A stretch of 64,000 nt of DNA from the human T2T-CHM13v2.0 reference genome, Homo sapiens, in NCBI RefSeq assembly GCF_009914755.1, contig NC_060935.1. One strand, 5' to 3'. Positions 43,752 through 59,720 of this stretch are shown here, piece after piece (positions within the stretch are counted from its first letter, which is position 1; every line of letters starts with the position of its first letter). Under the pieces are notes generated by a model. The model saw only the letters and a program-made list of their open reading frames with translations, made no database searches and was not told where the DNA came from. A program made the translations under genes and the position numbers.

Positions 43752-44048
43752 GGCTGGGCGTGGTGGCTCACACCTGTAATCCTACCACTTTGGGAGGCCG
43801 AGGCAAGAGGATTGCCTGAGCCCAGGAGTTCAAGACCAGCCTGGGCAACATAGAGAGACACCAACCCCCCACCCCCCGCCGCCAACCCCCACCCACTACC
43901 ATGCCTGGCTAATTTTTTGTACTTTTAGTAGAAATGGGGTTTCACCATGTTGGTCAGGCTGGTCTCGAACTCCTGGCCTCAGGTGATCTGCCCGACTCAG
44001 CCTCCCAAAGTGCTGGGATTGCAGGCGCAAGCCACTGCAACTGCCCAG
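43752..44048. mobile_element. Two inverted Alu fragments (FLAM/AluJ left arm on +, 43752-43862; AluS fragment on -, ~43893-44048) separated by a C-rich tract
   Basis: Direct reading of both Alu arms. Confidence 0.88.
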
Positions 44049-44349
44049 ATTCGCTTTTCTTTGATTATTGGAAGGTTGAATGTTTGTCACATGACCAATT
44101 GACATCTAATGCGAATAGGATTTTCACTTCCCTAACTCATTTTTCTTTGAAGTAGGGAAAAAATGTTCTTCAGGGAAGATGTTTGTCTTTTTTCTTCTTG
44201 ATTTATGTGAATTCTTTACATTATAAGGAAAACATCCCTTTGTCTCTTACATTTTCCAACTTTTTTTAAAAATCATTTTACCATTTACTAGGGGTGGAGT
44301 TGTAAAGCTGCTTCTCAGGCTGTAATTTTTAAATAGTCAATTTATCAAA

Positions 44350-44666
<317 letters not shown>

Positions 44667-45394
44667 TCATTGAATAATCCGTACTTGTCCCACTGACTTC
44701 CCAACATGCCATATATTAAATTCTTACATACACTTGGATCTGTTTCTGGTCTTTATCTATTTTATTGATCAGTTCTGCAATTCCAGAAGCAAAATCACTC
44801 CACTTTTTATTGGAGTTTATATTACATTCTCATATCTCATATGGCAAGTCCCTCTTTGTTACTTGTACTTTCTTAGAATTTTCTAGCTATACTTAAGTAT
44901 TTATTTCTCCACATAACTTTAGAAGACTTTCCAAGTTCAAAAAAGCTAGAATTTTTATGGAAATTGCATTAAATTTATTCATTTCTTTCACCTAGTTTTT
45001 ATGCAAACTTTACCTAGTTTTTATGCAAACTTTGCATAAAATTGATTATTTCTTCCGTTCTATTTCTAAATGGTTATTGTTACTATGTAGGACAGCTATT
45101 TGTCTTTTCTGTTAAATTTTTAACTGACTAGTGCACCAAACTTTCTTGTTTTAATTTTCAGCTTATTTATCAATTTTTAATAATTACATAACCTTATACA
45201 TAATAACTCTTTTGCTTCCTGCTTTGCAATTATTATTATTATCTTGACTGATAATAAAATAGCACTTCCAGATTCATGTCTAATAATAATGTTTGTAGCC
45301 AACTTCCTTATCTTATTCCTGACTTTAACAGGAATGCCTTAACTATCTAGCTATTGATTTGAGATTAGTATTTTTATTAGATTAAGAAACATGC

Positions 45395-45780
<386 letters not shown>

Positions 45781-46086
45781 CTATTTTATTAAATGACTTG
45801 CAGCATGTGTCAGGATTCAACTATACTCCAAGTCTTTGGGGGGAAGGAGCCATAAAGCTATGTAAAAACTGTGTGAGGTTCACTAGCTTAAGACAATTGT
45901 GAGAGAAGCCTAAACTTTATAACCCTGTACATTGGGTTTTTTATATTGGGGAGGCAGTTTGAAAAACATCTGTTCAGCTTCTCATAGCTAAATAAAGGTT
46001 ATACAAAACTTATCTCACGTATCTACATTATTCTGCATCTGTCTAGAATTGCAAGACCAAAGCAAGAAAATAATTTATTCAGTCAT

Positions 46087-46089
<3 letters not shown>

Positions 46090-46127
<38 letters not shown>

Positions 46128-46130
46128 ACA
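46090..46130. repeat. (CA)n microsatellite
   Basis: ~20 CA units with one interruption. Confidence 0.95.
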
Positions 46131-46388
46131 ATCTACTTTGAGCTAGATCTTGTTATAAGCATTGTGGATATAATGATGGGCAAGGTTGATAAAGTTCTTG
46201 TGGAGCCGACTTTGTAATGAGAGAAGATAGCAAATAGGAAAGTTTTATAAAAATGCTATACAGAGATTTGTTAAAGGGTCACCCAATTGAAAATAAATCT
46301 ATAATTATTTTAGATTGGATAGTCAATGGACAATTCTCTGAGGAAATAAGATTTCAGCTGAAAACCTCAATAGTGTGTTAAGAAATAA

Positions 46389-46786
<398 letters not shown>

Positions 46787-46943
46787 ACTAATTACATGTT
46801 GTAAATACACAAGCATTTCATTGGAACTTGAAGGAAGAAAAATCCTGAAAGTTTCTAGCAAGCATGTAATACAAAATGAAAATTAATTTCAGACATGTAG
46901 AGGGCCATTGATACTTTGTTTCGTATTCTTTATTTCCCCCTAA

Positions 46944-47284
<341 letters not shown>

Positions 47285-47464
47285 TCTCAAGTTCTTTAAC
47301 CATAGATTTTCCAACCATAGGAAAAGAATGTCAACTCATCCCCTGAGACATGCATACATAAATTTTTCAGCTGGAGCACCAGAATACAATGTAGTGTCAA
47401 TATCTCGATAGATTAGAAGAAGAGGTTGTCAGCTGAGACTGAAGAGGAGGATAGGAATTCATAT

Positions 47465-47697
47465 AGATTAGATTGCGTCCCTCAAAAATGACATGTTGAA
47501 ATCCTAATCCCTAGTACCTTAGAATGTGACCTTACTTGGCAGTAGGATTTTTACAGAGATAATAAAGTTAAAATTAGCTTATTAGGGTGGGTTCTAATTC
47601 AGCACAACTTTTGTCCTTATAAAAAGAAAACATTTGTATACAGAGACAATCACAAAGGGAAGACAATGGAAAGACACACAGGTAGAGGATAAGCATG
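47465..47697 (+). mobile_element. MLT1-type LTR fragment
   Basis: GTCCCTCAAAA...GAATGTGACCTTAC...GTCCTTATAAAAAG. Confidence 0.75.
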
Positions 47698-49270
47698 TGT
47701 ATTAGTCCATTCTCACACTGCTACAAAGAACTGCTCAACACTGGGTAATTTATAAAGAAAAGAGGTTTAATGGACTCACAGTTCCACATGGCTGGGGAGG
47801 CTTCACAATCATGGTGGAAGGCAAAGGAAAAGCAAAGGCATGTCTTACATGGCAGTAGGCAAGAGAGCATATGTAGGGGACCTGCCCTTTACAAAACCAT
47901 CAGACCTCATGAGACTTATTCACTACAGTGAAAACAGCATAGAAAAATTTGCCCCCATGATTCAATTACCTCCCACTGGGTCCCTTCCACAACATGTGGG
48001 GATTATGGGAGCTACAGTTCAAGATGACATTTGGGTGGGGACACAGCCAAACAACATAATTCTGCTCCTGGCCCCTCCCAAATCTCATGTCCTCACATTT
48101 CAAAACCAATCATGCCATCCCAACAGTCCCACATTCAGCATTAACTCAAAAGTCCACAGTCCAAAGTCTCATTGGAGGCAAGGCAAGTCCCTTCTGCCTA
48201 TAAGCCTGAAAAATCAAAAGCAAGTTAGTTACTTCCTAGATACAATGAGGGTACAGGCATTGGGTAAATACACCTATTCCAAATGGCAGAACTTGGCCAA
48301 AACAAAGGGGCTACAGGCCCCATGCAAGTCCATAATCCAGCAAGGCAGTCAAATCTTAAATCTCCATAATGATCTCCTTTGACTCCATGTCTCACACCCA
48401 AGTCACATTGACATAAGAGGTGGGTTCCCACGGTCTTGGGCAGCTCCATCCCTGTGGCTTTGCAGGGTCCAGGCCCCCTCCTGGCAGCTTTCATGGGCTG
48501 GCATTGACTGCGGCTTCTCCAGGTGCACAGTGCAAACTGTTGATAGATCTACCATTCTGGGGTCTGGAGGATGGTGACCCTCTTCTCACAGCTCCACTAG
48601 GCAGTGCCCCAGTGTGGACTCTGTGTGGGCATTCTGAACCCACACTTCCCTTCCACACTGCCCTAGCAGAGGTTCTCCATGGGAGCCCCGCTCCTGCAGC
48701 AAACTTATGCCTGGACAGCCAAGTGTTTCCATACATCCTCTAAAATCTCGATGGAGGTTGCCAAACCTCAATTCTTGACTTCTGTGCACCCACAGGCTCA
48801 ATATCACGTGGAAGCCGCCAAGGCTTGGGGCTTGCACCCTCTGAAGCCATAGCCTGAGCTGTGCCTTGGCCTCTTTTAGCTACAGCTGGAGCATGCGGGA
48901 TGCAGGGCACCAAGTCCCTAGGCTGCACACAGCACGGGGCCCTGGGCCCTGCCCATGAAACCATTTTCTGTTCCTAGGCCTCTGGGCCTGTCATGGGTGG
49001 GGCTGCCTCGAAGGTCTCTAAAATGCCCTGGAGACATTCTCTCCATTGTCTTGGTGATTAACATGTTGCTCTTCGTTACTTATGCAAATTTCTGCAGCAG
49101 GCTTGAATTTCTCCCAAGAAAATGGGTTTTTTCATTCCTACTGCATCATCAGGCTGCAAATTTTCCAAACTTTTGTGTTGTTTCCTCTTGAATTCTTTGC
49201 TGCTTAGAAATTTCTTCTGCCAGATATCCTAAATCATTTCTCTCAAGTTCAAAGTTCCACAGATCTCTAA
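47698..49270 (-). mobile_element. THE1 (THE1C/D-like) MaLR: LTR ~47698-48058 plus internal sequence, truncated
   Basis: TGTATTAGTCCATTCTCACACTGCT...GGGGACACAGCCAAAC LTR followed by typical THE1-int; explains ORFs at 47840-49191. Confidence 0.9.
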
Positions 49271-49992
49271 GACTTGAATTGTGCTAAAGAATCCACTTCC
49301 AGGTGGCTCATTCACATGGCTAACTGGTTGGTCATGGAGGGAGGTTTCAGTTCCTCCTCCATGTGGGCCCATGTGTGAGTGTCTACACTTCACGATGGCT
49401 GTCTTCACCTAGAGCAAATGATCCATGAGACCAAGGAAGAAGCACCAATGCCTTTTATGACCTAGCCTCAGAGATGATGTACCATCATTTTTGTAAGATT
49501 CTTTTGGTCACATGAGTCAGACCTTATTCATGGTGGGAGAGGACGAGACAAAAATCATTAGAGAGCCTATCTTAAGGGGCTGGCTACCACATCCTATAAA
49601 GCTAGTGAATGGACATCGAGATGCTGTTACTGAAAAATCCAATGTCTCCACAAGAATATACTTAGCAGCTACAATGGCCAAAGGAGGAAACCAAGGGTCC
49701 TTGCCTCATTTGCACCTTCCAAATATGGCTGCAGAGGAGTCTGGCAAATATAGTTTGCTTTTGTGTTTCTTTTGTTTCAGCTTTTACGTTTTTGCAACAC
49801 AGAAAAGCACATTGAAAGGGGGATTGGAATAGATGAATCCAAGTCTATCAGATCCTCCCCAAAGACCATGACTTCATGGTACTCAAGCACCCATATACAT
49901 TTACTGGATTTTCTATAGCAGAGAATTGGAGCAGTGATAGCAGGGAATGGGTTAGTGTTTTTCTGAGTAGATATAGTAGAATGATAAATGTA

Positions 49993-52442
49993 CAGGCATA
50001 CCTCGGAGATACTGCAGATTTGATTCCAGACCACCACAATAAAGTGAATATCATAATAAAGTGAGTCATGTGAATGTTCTGGTATCCTAGTGCATATAAA
50101 TGTTTACACTATACTGTAGTCTACTGAGTGTGCAACAGCATTATGTCTTTGAAATGTGCGTAACTTAAGTTAAAAATATTTTATTGCTAAAAATGCTAAC
50201 CATCATCTGAGCCTTCAGTGAGTCACAATCTTTTTGCTGGTGGAGGGTCTTGCCTCAATGTTGATGACTACTGACTCATTAAGGTAGTGGTTGCTGAAGG
50301 TTGGGGTGACTGTGGCATTTCTTAAAATATGACAGTAAAGTTTGCAGCATCAACTGACACTTCCTTTCATGAAAGATTTCTCTATAGCACGTGATGTTGT
50401 TTGATACCATTTTGCCTATGGGAGAACTTCTTTCAGAATTGGAGTCAATTCTCTCCAACCCTGCGGCTGCTTTATCAACTGAGTTTATGTAATATTCTAA
50501 ATCCTTTGTTGTCATTCAAACAATGTTCACAGCATCTTCACCAGAAATAGATTCCATCCCAAGAAACCATCCATTTTTCTTGGCTTATCCATAAGAAGAA
50601 ATTCCTCATCCATTCAAGTGATATCATGAGACTGCAGTAATTCAGTCACATCTTCCAGCTCCAACTTTAATCCTAGTTCTCTTCTTACTTCTATCACATC
50701 TGCAGTTATTTCCTCCACTAAAGTCTTGAATCCTTCTAAGTCATCCATAAAGGATGGAATCCTCTTCCAAACTTCCAAACAAACGTTCTCAATGGCATCT
50801 AGAATGGTGAATCCTTTCCAGGTTTTCAATTTATTTTGCTTAGATAGATCAGAGGAATCACTGTGTATGGCAGCTTTGCCTTAATGTATTTCTGAAACAA
50901 TAAGATTTCAAAGTTGAAGTAACTCCTTGATTCATGGCTTGCAGAATGGATGTTGTGTAAGCAGGCATAAAAACTTTAATCTCCTTGTAAATCTTAATTA
51001 CAGCTCTTGAGTAACTAACTGCATTGTCAATGAGCAGTAACATTTGGAAAGGAATCTTTTTTTCTGAGCAGCAGTTCTCAACAGTGGGCTTAAAATATTC
51101 AGTAAACCACACTGTAGATAGATATGCTGTCATTCAGGCTTTGTCATTCCACTTATAGATCACAGTTAGAGTAGATTTAGCATAATTCTTGAAAGCCCTA
51201 GGATTTTTGGAAGGGTAAATATGAGCACTGGCTTCAACTTAAAAGTCACCAGCTGCATTAGCCCATTAGCCCCTAATAAGAGAGTCAGCCTGTCCTTTAA
51301 AGCTTTGATGCCAGGCATTGACTTCTCTAACTACTAAAGCCTTAGAGGGCATCTTCTTCCAATAAAAGGCCTTTTTGTCCACAGTGAAAATCTGTTGTTT
51401 AGTGTAGCTACCTTCATCAATTATCTCAGCTGGATCTTCTGGAAAACTTGTTGCTGCTTCTCCATCAGCACTTGCTGCTTCACCTTGCCCTTCTTTGTTA
51501 CAGAGATGGGTTTTTCTCTCTAACTTGGCTGTGGTGCTTTTACTTCTCATTGCTAATTCCAAATCATTTCTTCTCCTCTCTCCTTCAGAATACCCAAACC
51601 TCATGAACCAACCTCTGCTAGCTTCTGCTAGCTTCCAGCTTTTCTTCTGCAGTTTCCTCACCTCTTTCAGCCTTCATAGAATTGAAAACAGCTAGGGCCT
51701 TGCTCTGGGTTTGGCTTCGGCTTAAAGGAATGTTGTGGCTGGTTTGATCTTCTATCCAGATCACTAAAACTTTCTCCATATCAGCAATAAGGATGTTTTA
51801 TTTTCCTATCATTCATGTGTTTACAGAAGTGGCCCTTTATAATTTCCTTCAAATTTTTTTTCTCAAAAATATTTCCTCTGCATTCACGACTTGGCTAACT
51901 GGTGCAAAAGACCAAGCTTTCAGCCTGTCTCTGCTTTCAACACACCATCCTCACTAAGTTTAATCATTTCTAGCTTTTGACTTAAAGTGAGAGATGTATA
52001 ACTCTTTCACTTGAACACTTAGAGGCCATTGTAGGATTATTAATTGGCCTAATTACAATATTGTTGTGTCTCAGGAATAAGCAGACCCAAGGAGAGGGAG
52101 AGAGACTGGGGAATGGCCAGTCAGTGGCACTCAGAACACACACAACATTCATCAGTGAAGTTTGCCATCTTATATGGGTGCTGTTCATAGCACCCCCAAA
52201 CAATTACAATAGTAGTATGAAAGATCAATGATCACAGATCACCATGACAGAGATATTAATAATGAAAAAGCCTGAAATAGTGTGAGTTACAAACCACAGA
52301 GACACAAAGTGAACACATGCTGTTGGAAAAATGGTGCTGATAGACATGCTCAACTTATGGTTGCCACAAACCTTCGATTTGTAAAAAATGCCATATACGT
52401 GAAGCAGAAGAAAGTGAAATGCAATAAAACAAGGTATGCCTG
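49993..52442 (-). mobile_element. Near full-length Tigger1 (TcMar/pogo) DNA transposon with decayed transposase
   Basis: Terminal inverted repeats CAGGCATACCT / AGGTATGCCTG, TA on the left; minus-strand transposase fragments ([29 protein letters not shown]). Confidence 0.95.
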
Positions 52443-53094
52443 TGGTACAGAGACGAGGGTGCTCATTTTACTTTAGTTTGCCTGTCTACCCATGAAGTAT
52501 AATTTGTAAGGGGTAGTGAGACCATGAGGGGACATTAGGACTGGATGAAAATTGAAGAAATCAGGTGATTGACCGTGTCTAGGGCACTGTTGGATTATGT
52601 TTACAAGCACTACATACATATTTGCATGAAATGTGCAATTCCCAGTGTGCTAGCTGTATTATATTTCCACTCCTCTAACTCCTTCTCAAGAAAGCGTTTC
52701 TGAACGCAACTGAATGAGAATTATACTATTGTGGACTAATCTGGAATATATTTTATTTTAAAATTACCATCATTTGTAACCAACTGAAATAGTGAGAAAT
52801 TACTAGTGTATGTCCTAACTAATCAAACCTCACAGTTGCTGCCACTCAAGTTGAGAATTGCTGCTTCAGTGGAGGAAAGGGAGCAGGCATAGAAGTTTGA
52901 GCATGAAAGATTTGGAAGGGTAGGAAGAAAGCTTTTCATATTCTGATAGCAAGGACTCCACTTCTCAAGTGGAAGTTGTTTCCTCTCTCACCGCAATGGG
53001 CACCTCGGAGCCAGAACTTGGCTGTTGTGCTCTTACTTCTCATTGCCAATTCCAAATCATTCCTTCTGCTCCCTCCTTTAGGAACCCCAAAACT

Positions 53095-55400
<2,306 letters not shown>

Positions 55401-57569
55401 TCATGCCATGTCATCCTTATATCTCTTCCTTACTGAAGATTTTAGCTTTCTGGGTACCTCTTCACCCACTAAGACCTAATTTAAGGTCACCCAGTAACAG
55501 CCAGGATTTAAATCTAGGCAGTCTTATGCCAATGCACCCTTTTGCTTACTGCACTAATACTTCAGCTGGTTTGCTGATCATAGATCTGAGTTTCCAAAGG
55601 GCTCTCTCAAAGAGTTTGCATGGGAATGGTGGTGGGGGAGGGGAAGGATTGAGTAAGATTATGAAGGCTCAGACTTCTGGAAAGGACTAAGGTAAATGTG
55701 GATGTGAGCATAATGGGATTAATCTGGCCAGAGAATCTCTTGAGTCTATTTGGAGCTGCTTATTCTGCAGCCCTGAATGGTACAGCTGTTGGAAAGGCAG
55801 TTTTCTTGATCAGGAACAGGAGGTACTGTGAAGCTTTCGAAGCTACTGTACTCTCATGTTTTCCTCTTCTCTTGGACAGTCTTTACACATTCTACAGATA
55901 CCTTACATCCACTTCCAGGAAAAGCGTCCTCTAATCACTCCTACATTAGGCTGGAGGAACCTGCTATGCACTTCCATGTCCTCCTATTGTTCAGCATGTT
56001 TCTCATCCAGAAGGATGCAAAGTCAGTGAAGATAAGGTCTCTATCTTGCTCACATTGTATCCTACCACTTAGCATAGTGTCTTGGCTAATAGATTCTCAA
56101 TAAATATTTGTTAAATTAATGCAATATATTCAGTGAATGAGTTAGCAATTAGGATCAGAAAGATCAGAAATGAAAGATCAGAATGGCTGATCTACCTCCA
56201 CTACCTTTTGTTGGTATGTCAGCATAAAAACAAAAATGAATACCAAAATCCTAAAAGCTTGAGTATATAAGAAAACCGGCTCTCTAAAATCTAAGATTTA
56301 TACAGACACGTGAAAATCCATGAGAGAAGCTAACACATCCAAACCTCTAGGAGAGAAATACTAATCATTGGGAGGCATTCTTTAGGGACGAAAAAGATAT
56401 TGTCATTAGCCATATGTGGTTGAACATTTGTGGAAGCAGCAGCTTCCAGCTGAATGTCCTGACCCAGATCTGTCAGGCCATATTTGGCTTTATCTAAAAT
56501 ATGCCGTGCCTACCCAGTTCTTGGAGAGGGGAAAATGTGCAGGCTTTTGAATTGCCTAAACAGAAATATAGCTTATTGGGAAGTTAAACAGATATGTGGA
56601 AGATTCTTTTATTTTTGTTTTCAATTTTACTATATTTTGAATAGGTAATATATTCACATAGTTCAAAAGTCAAATGATATAAAATGGTATACATTAAGAA
56701 GTTTCTTTCCCATTCCTAACCCTGACCACCTCATTCCCTATATGCTTCCACACCACTAAGAACAACTTTTTTCCCAATATTCATTTATGCAGCTGGAAAT
56801 GTTTGCATGCTAATACCCCTCTCCTCCTCTCCCCCTTACACAGAATATAGTATAATATGGATATTGCTCTATAGCTTGTTGTGTTTTTTTCTGCATATAT
56901 CCTGGAGATAGTTCTATATCAATACATTAACAGCTTCCTTTTCCTTTTGTTTTACAGTTGCACTGTGTTCCAAAGTGTGAACCTGTTCCCTATTGATGGT
57001 ATATAACCTGTTCCCTATTGATGGTATGTAAGCTATTTCCAATCTTTTGCTGTAACAATGATGTAATGAATAACCTTAAACATGAAAGTGAAGATTATTT
57101 TAGACTAGTACAAATAAGAGTGGATTAGATCATCAAGTGGGAACTGTCTGGCAAGTAGCTAAGGCAGGAGTCCCTCTGTGGGACTGGGGAGTAAGGGTGT
57201 TGTGAGGGCACCGTAGTCAGTTGAATGTGTAATGAATGACCAGACAGATCTGTGCAAGAACAAGTTTTTTCTTGGATTCATTTTTCCCAAGTGGAATAAA
57301 CAGAAGGTTTTAGAGAGAACAGCATCAAGTAGGGAGACTCATCTGTACAGCTCTAGGTGTCCCTAAGTTTAATGTTTTTAGTGTTTAGAAAATAACATCC
57401 AATTTGTCCTTAGGAATACACAATGATTAGAAAAGCTTATTCTCAGCCACTTCCCCAAATTCCAATAACTTTTTTAAGAGGCCAAGACTTGTGATTAAGG
57501 ATTTAAAAAGGCTCCCTGCCTGATAAGGCTCTGGCAGTCTAAATAGATGTAGCACAGAAGGCACTATTG

Positions 57570-57830
57570 ATGGTCCATCCAATATCCATCCTCCATCATT
57601 CCTGCTGGCAGAGCCCTGCCTTTGCCAGGTAGTCCCGTCCACTATGTAGCACAGACTGGCCTCATTCCCATCTCAGGGTGGATCCTGATTGGTCTAAATC
57701 AATCATGCTGGCAACATGCCCTATGAAGAAGCTTGGCTGAGGTATTTGCATATGACCCAATTTTGGCCAATGACACTGGCAGACAAGCTGTCTGGAGGGG
57801 GAGGGTAGGCTTTTAGGGGAGCAGTTAAGA
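57570..57830 (+). mobile_element. LTR16-like ERVL LTR fragment
   Basis: CTGATTGGTCTAAATCAATCATG...TGACCCAATTTTGGCCAATGA. Confidence 0.65.
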
Positions 57831-59239
57831 GTCATCATCCTCTTTTCTTTGTGGACCAAGAGGTGATATCTCAAGTCTGCCCAACTCTGCTGGTCTTGTC
57901 ACAGTGGAAAGCAGAATATCCCTGACCTGACTCAGCCCACAGCTACCTCATGGGTATCTGGGGAAAGGAGGGCTGAGTAGAACAGCAGGCACCTGGGCAG
58001 GTACTCCTTCAAACAACTTTCTTTAAATAATTATTTAATATATGGAGTCAGGTTGACAAAGATTTTCTATTAATATTTTGTTTACTAGAAACAAACTAAC
58101 TTGAATTCATTTTCTCTAACTGAAGCAGAGTCAGTATTCTGAAAATACCAGTCAGTTCATTTCTCCTGTAGCTCTCCTCTTTTCAAGCTCTCTTTCATAA
58201 TTTTTTGGAACCAGACAAGTTCCTTAGGGCACCCTGAAGAGCTCACAGTTTAAGGAACAAAAAGTCACACCTATCAGCTACACGGCACTACTCATACATT
58301 ATTTGCTTTTAGGATCTCTGTTCTGCTTTTGTTTGAGAGCTACTGTTTGTTGATGTTGCAGAAAAATTCAGCAGGGATATAGGTCTGCTTTAGAAAACAG
58401 TGTTGTTGTTTAAATTTCCCCTCAAAGGCAGTAGTTTGGAGGAGGCCGATTTACATTTTGTCAGTTTGTTCCAGTGATAAGCATCACTTAATAGAGCAAC
58501 ATACCATAATAGATAAACTGGTTGCTTATCCCCTTAATAGGCTCTGGGTCACAGATTAAATATGAGGACTGACAGAGTGGAATACAAAGTACCACGGAGC
58601 ACAGAGGAAGAAAACAATGCCTTTTTAAGGCTCTTAAGAAGAATAGTTTGTATACTGGGAGAAAGCACGGGTTTTAGAGCCAGAAAACAGGCCCAGCTAC
58701 TTCCTTGATAGTACCCAGAACAAAAAATAAAATATGGGGCCGCTTGTTAAAAAATAAATAAGAATTTCGCGACAGCAACAGTGAGCATTAAACCAGGTGT
58801 GGGGGCCTGTGTAGGCGGCATACCCAGGGCCTTAGGTTCAAAACTCACTTTTGCCTCTCCAAACCTTCCTGGCTTTGGACAAGTCATCCTCTCTTAGTCT
58901 CCCTTTTTTTTCATCCGTAAAATTGCGATAATTGAACCTCCCTTGAAAAGTTGTTATGAGGGTGGAATGAAAAGCACCTTGACACATGATAGGTGCACAT
59001 TTCTCTTAGTCTATGTTGTGGGCTCTTCTTCGGTTGTTCTTCAGAGGCATCTATCTTTGGCTTTCTACTCTCATTTCCCACTTTCAAAATTTTTCGAAAG
59101 GGCATTAGGGTGAACCTTATAAAATGGCCCATATCTGACGACTTAGGATCTCCAAAACGGCAAATAAGGATCAAACGTACACAAACTCCTCAGCACAGCT
59201 TGGAACAGTACCGTCCTCAGACCAGGGCAACTGGGCTCG

Positions 59240-59720
59240 TTCCCCTGCGCCCGAGTTTTAGGGGACACGCGCCCCTACCCCCTGCCCTACTCCCCCCACG
59301 CGATCTTCCAGACGCGCTCTTCCCCCATATAACGTGGAGTCCCTGGAGCCCACTCCCCTTGTAGACCACACTCCAGTACCCGGAATTCCGGGATTCATAC
59401 CCAAACGGCCCTCAGCCCGCTTCCAGAACCGTCCGGCCTCTGCCCATGGGACTTCTCCCCGCAGGCTGGGCGCAAAACTTAGGCCCCAAGGATTACCACG
59501 GGGCCGCAATTTGGGATGGATGAGCCGAGCTTGGACGTACAGGTTGTGGGAGGGAGGAGGAGCGGTAGAGAGGCTGGAGGGTCGGCACGCATGCGCACCA
59601 GGCCCCTCGCAGAGCAGCACGGGCCCGGGTGGGAAAAGGCGGGCTGGGTCCGTGGCTTAAATTTGTACGTTTGCCTCTCCTCTCGCGCCCCTCCCTCTCT
59701 CTCACATAACGGGCCAGCCT
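59240..59720. promoter_or_regulatory. CpG island with promoter motifs, not adjacent to any start codon in the window
   Basis: CpG-dense; NRF1-type CACGCATGCGCA 59586-59597; palindrome CCCGGAATTCCGGG 59379-59392. Confidence 0.75.

Noticed and set aside
47840-49191. Cluster of 74-180-aa ORFs
   Set aside because: All within THE1 LTR/internal sequence
50279-51661. Transposase-like ORFs suggesting a domesticated TIGD-type gene
   Set aside because: Broken by stops, frameshifts and an insertion; decayed Tigger1
56980-57027. 23-bp direct repeat AACCTGTTCCCTATTGATGGTAT x2
   Set aside because: Ordinary slippage duplication inside an old L1M
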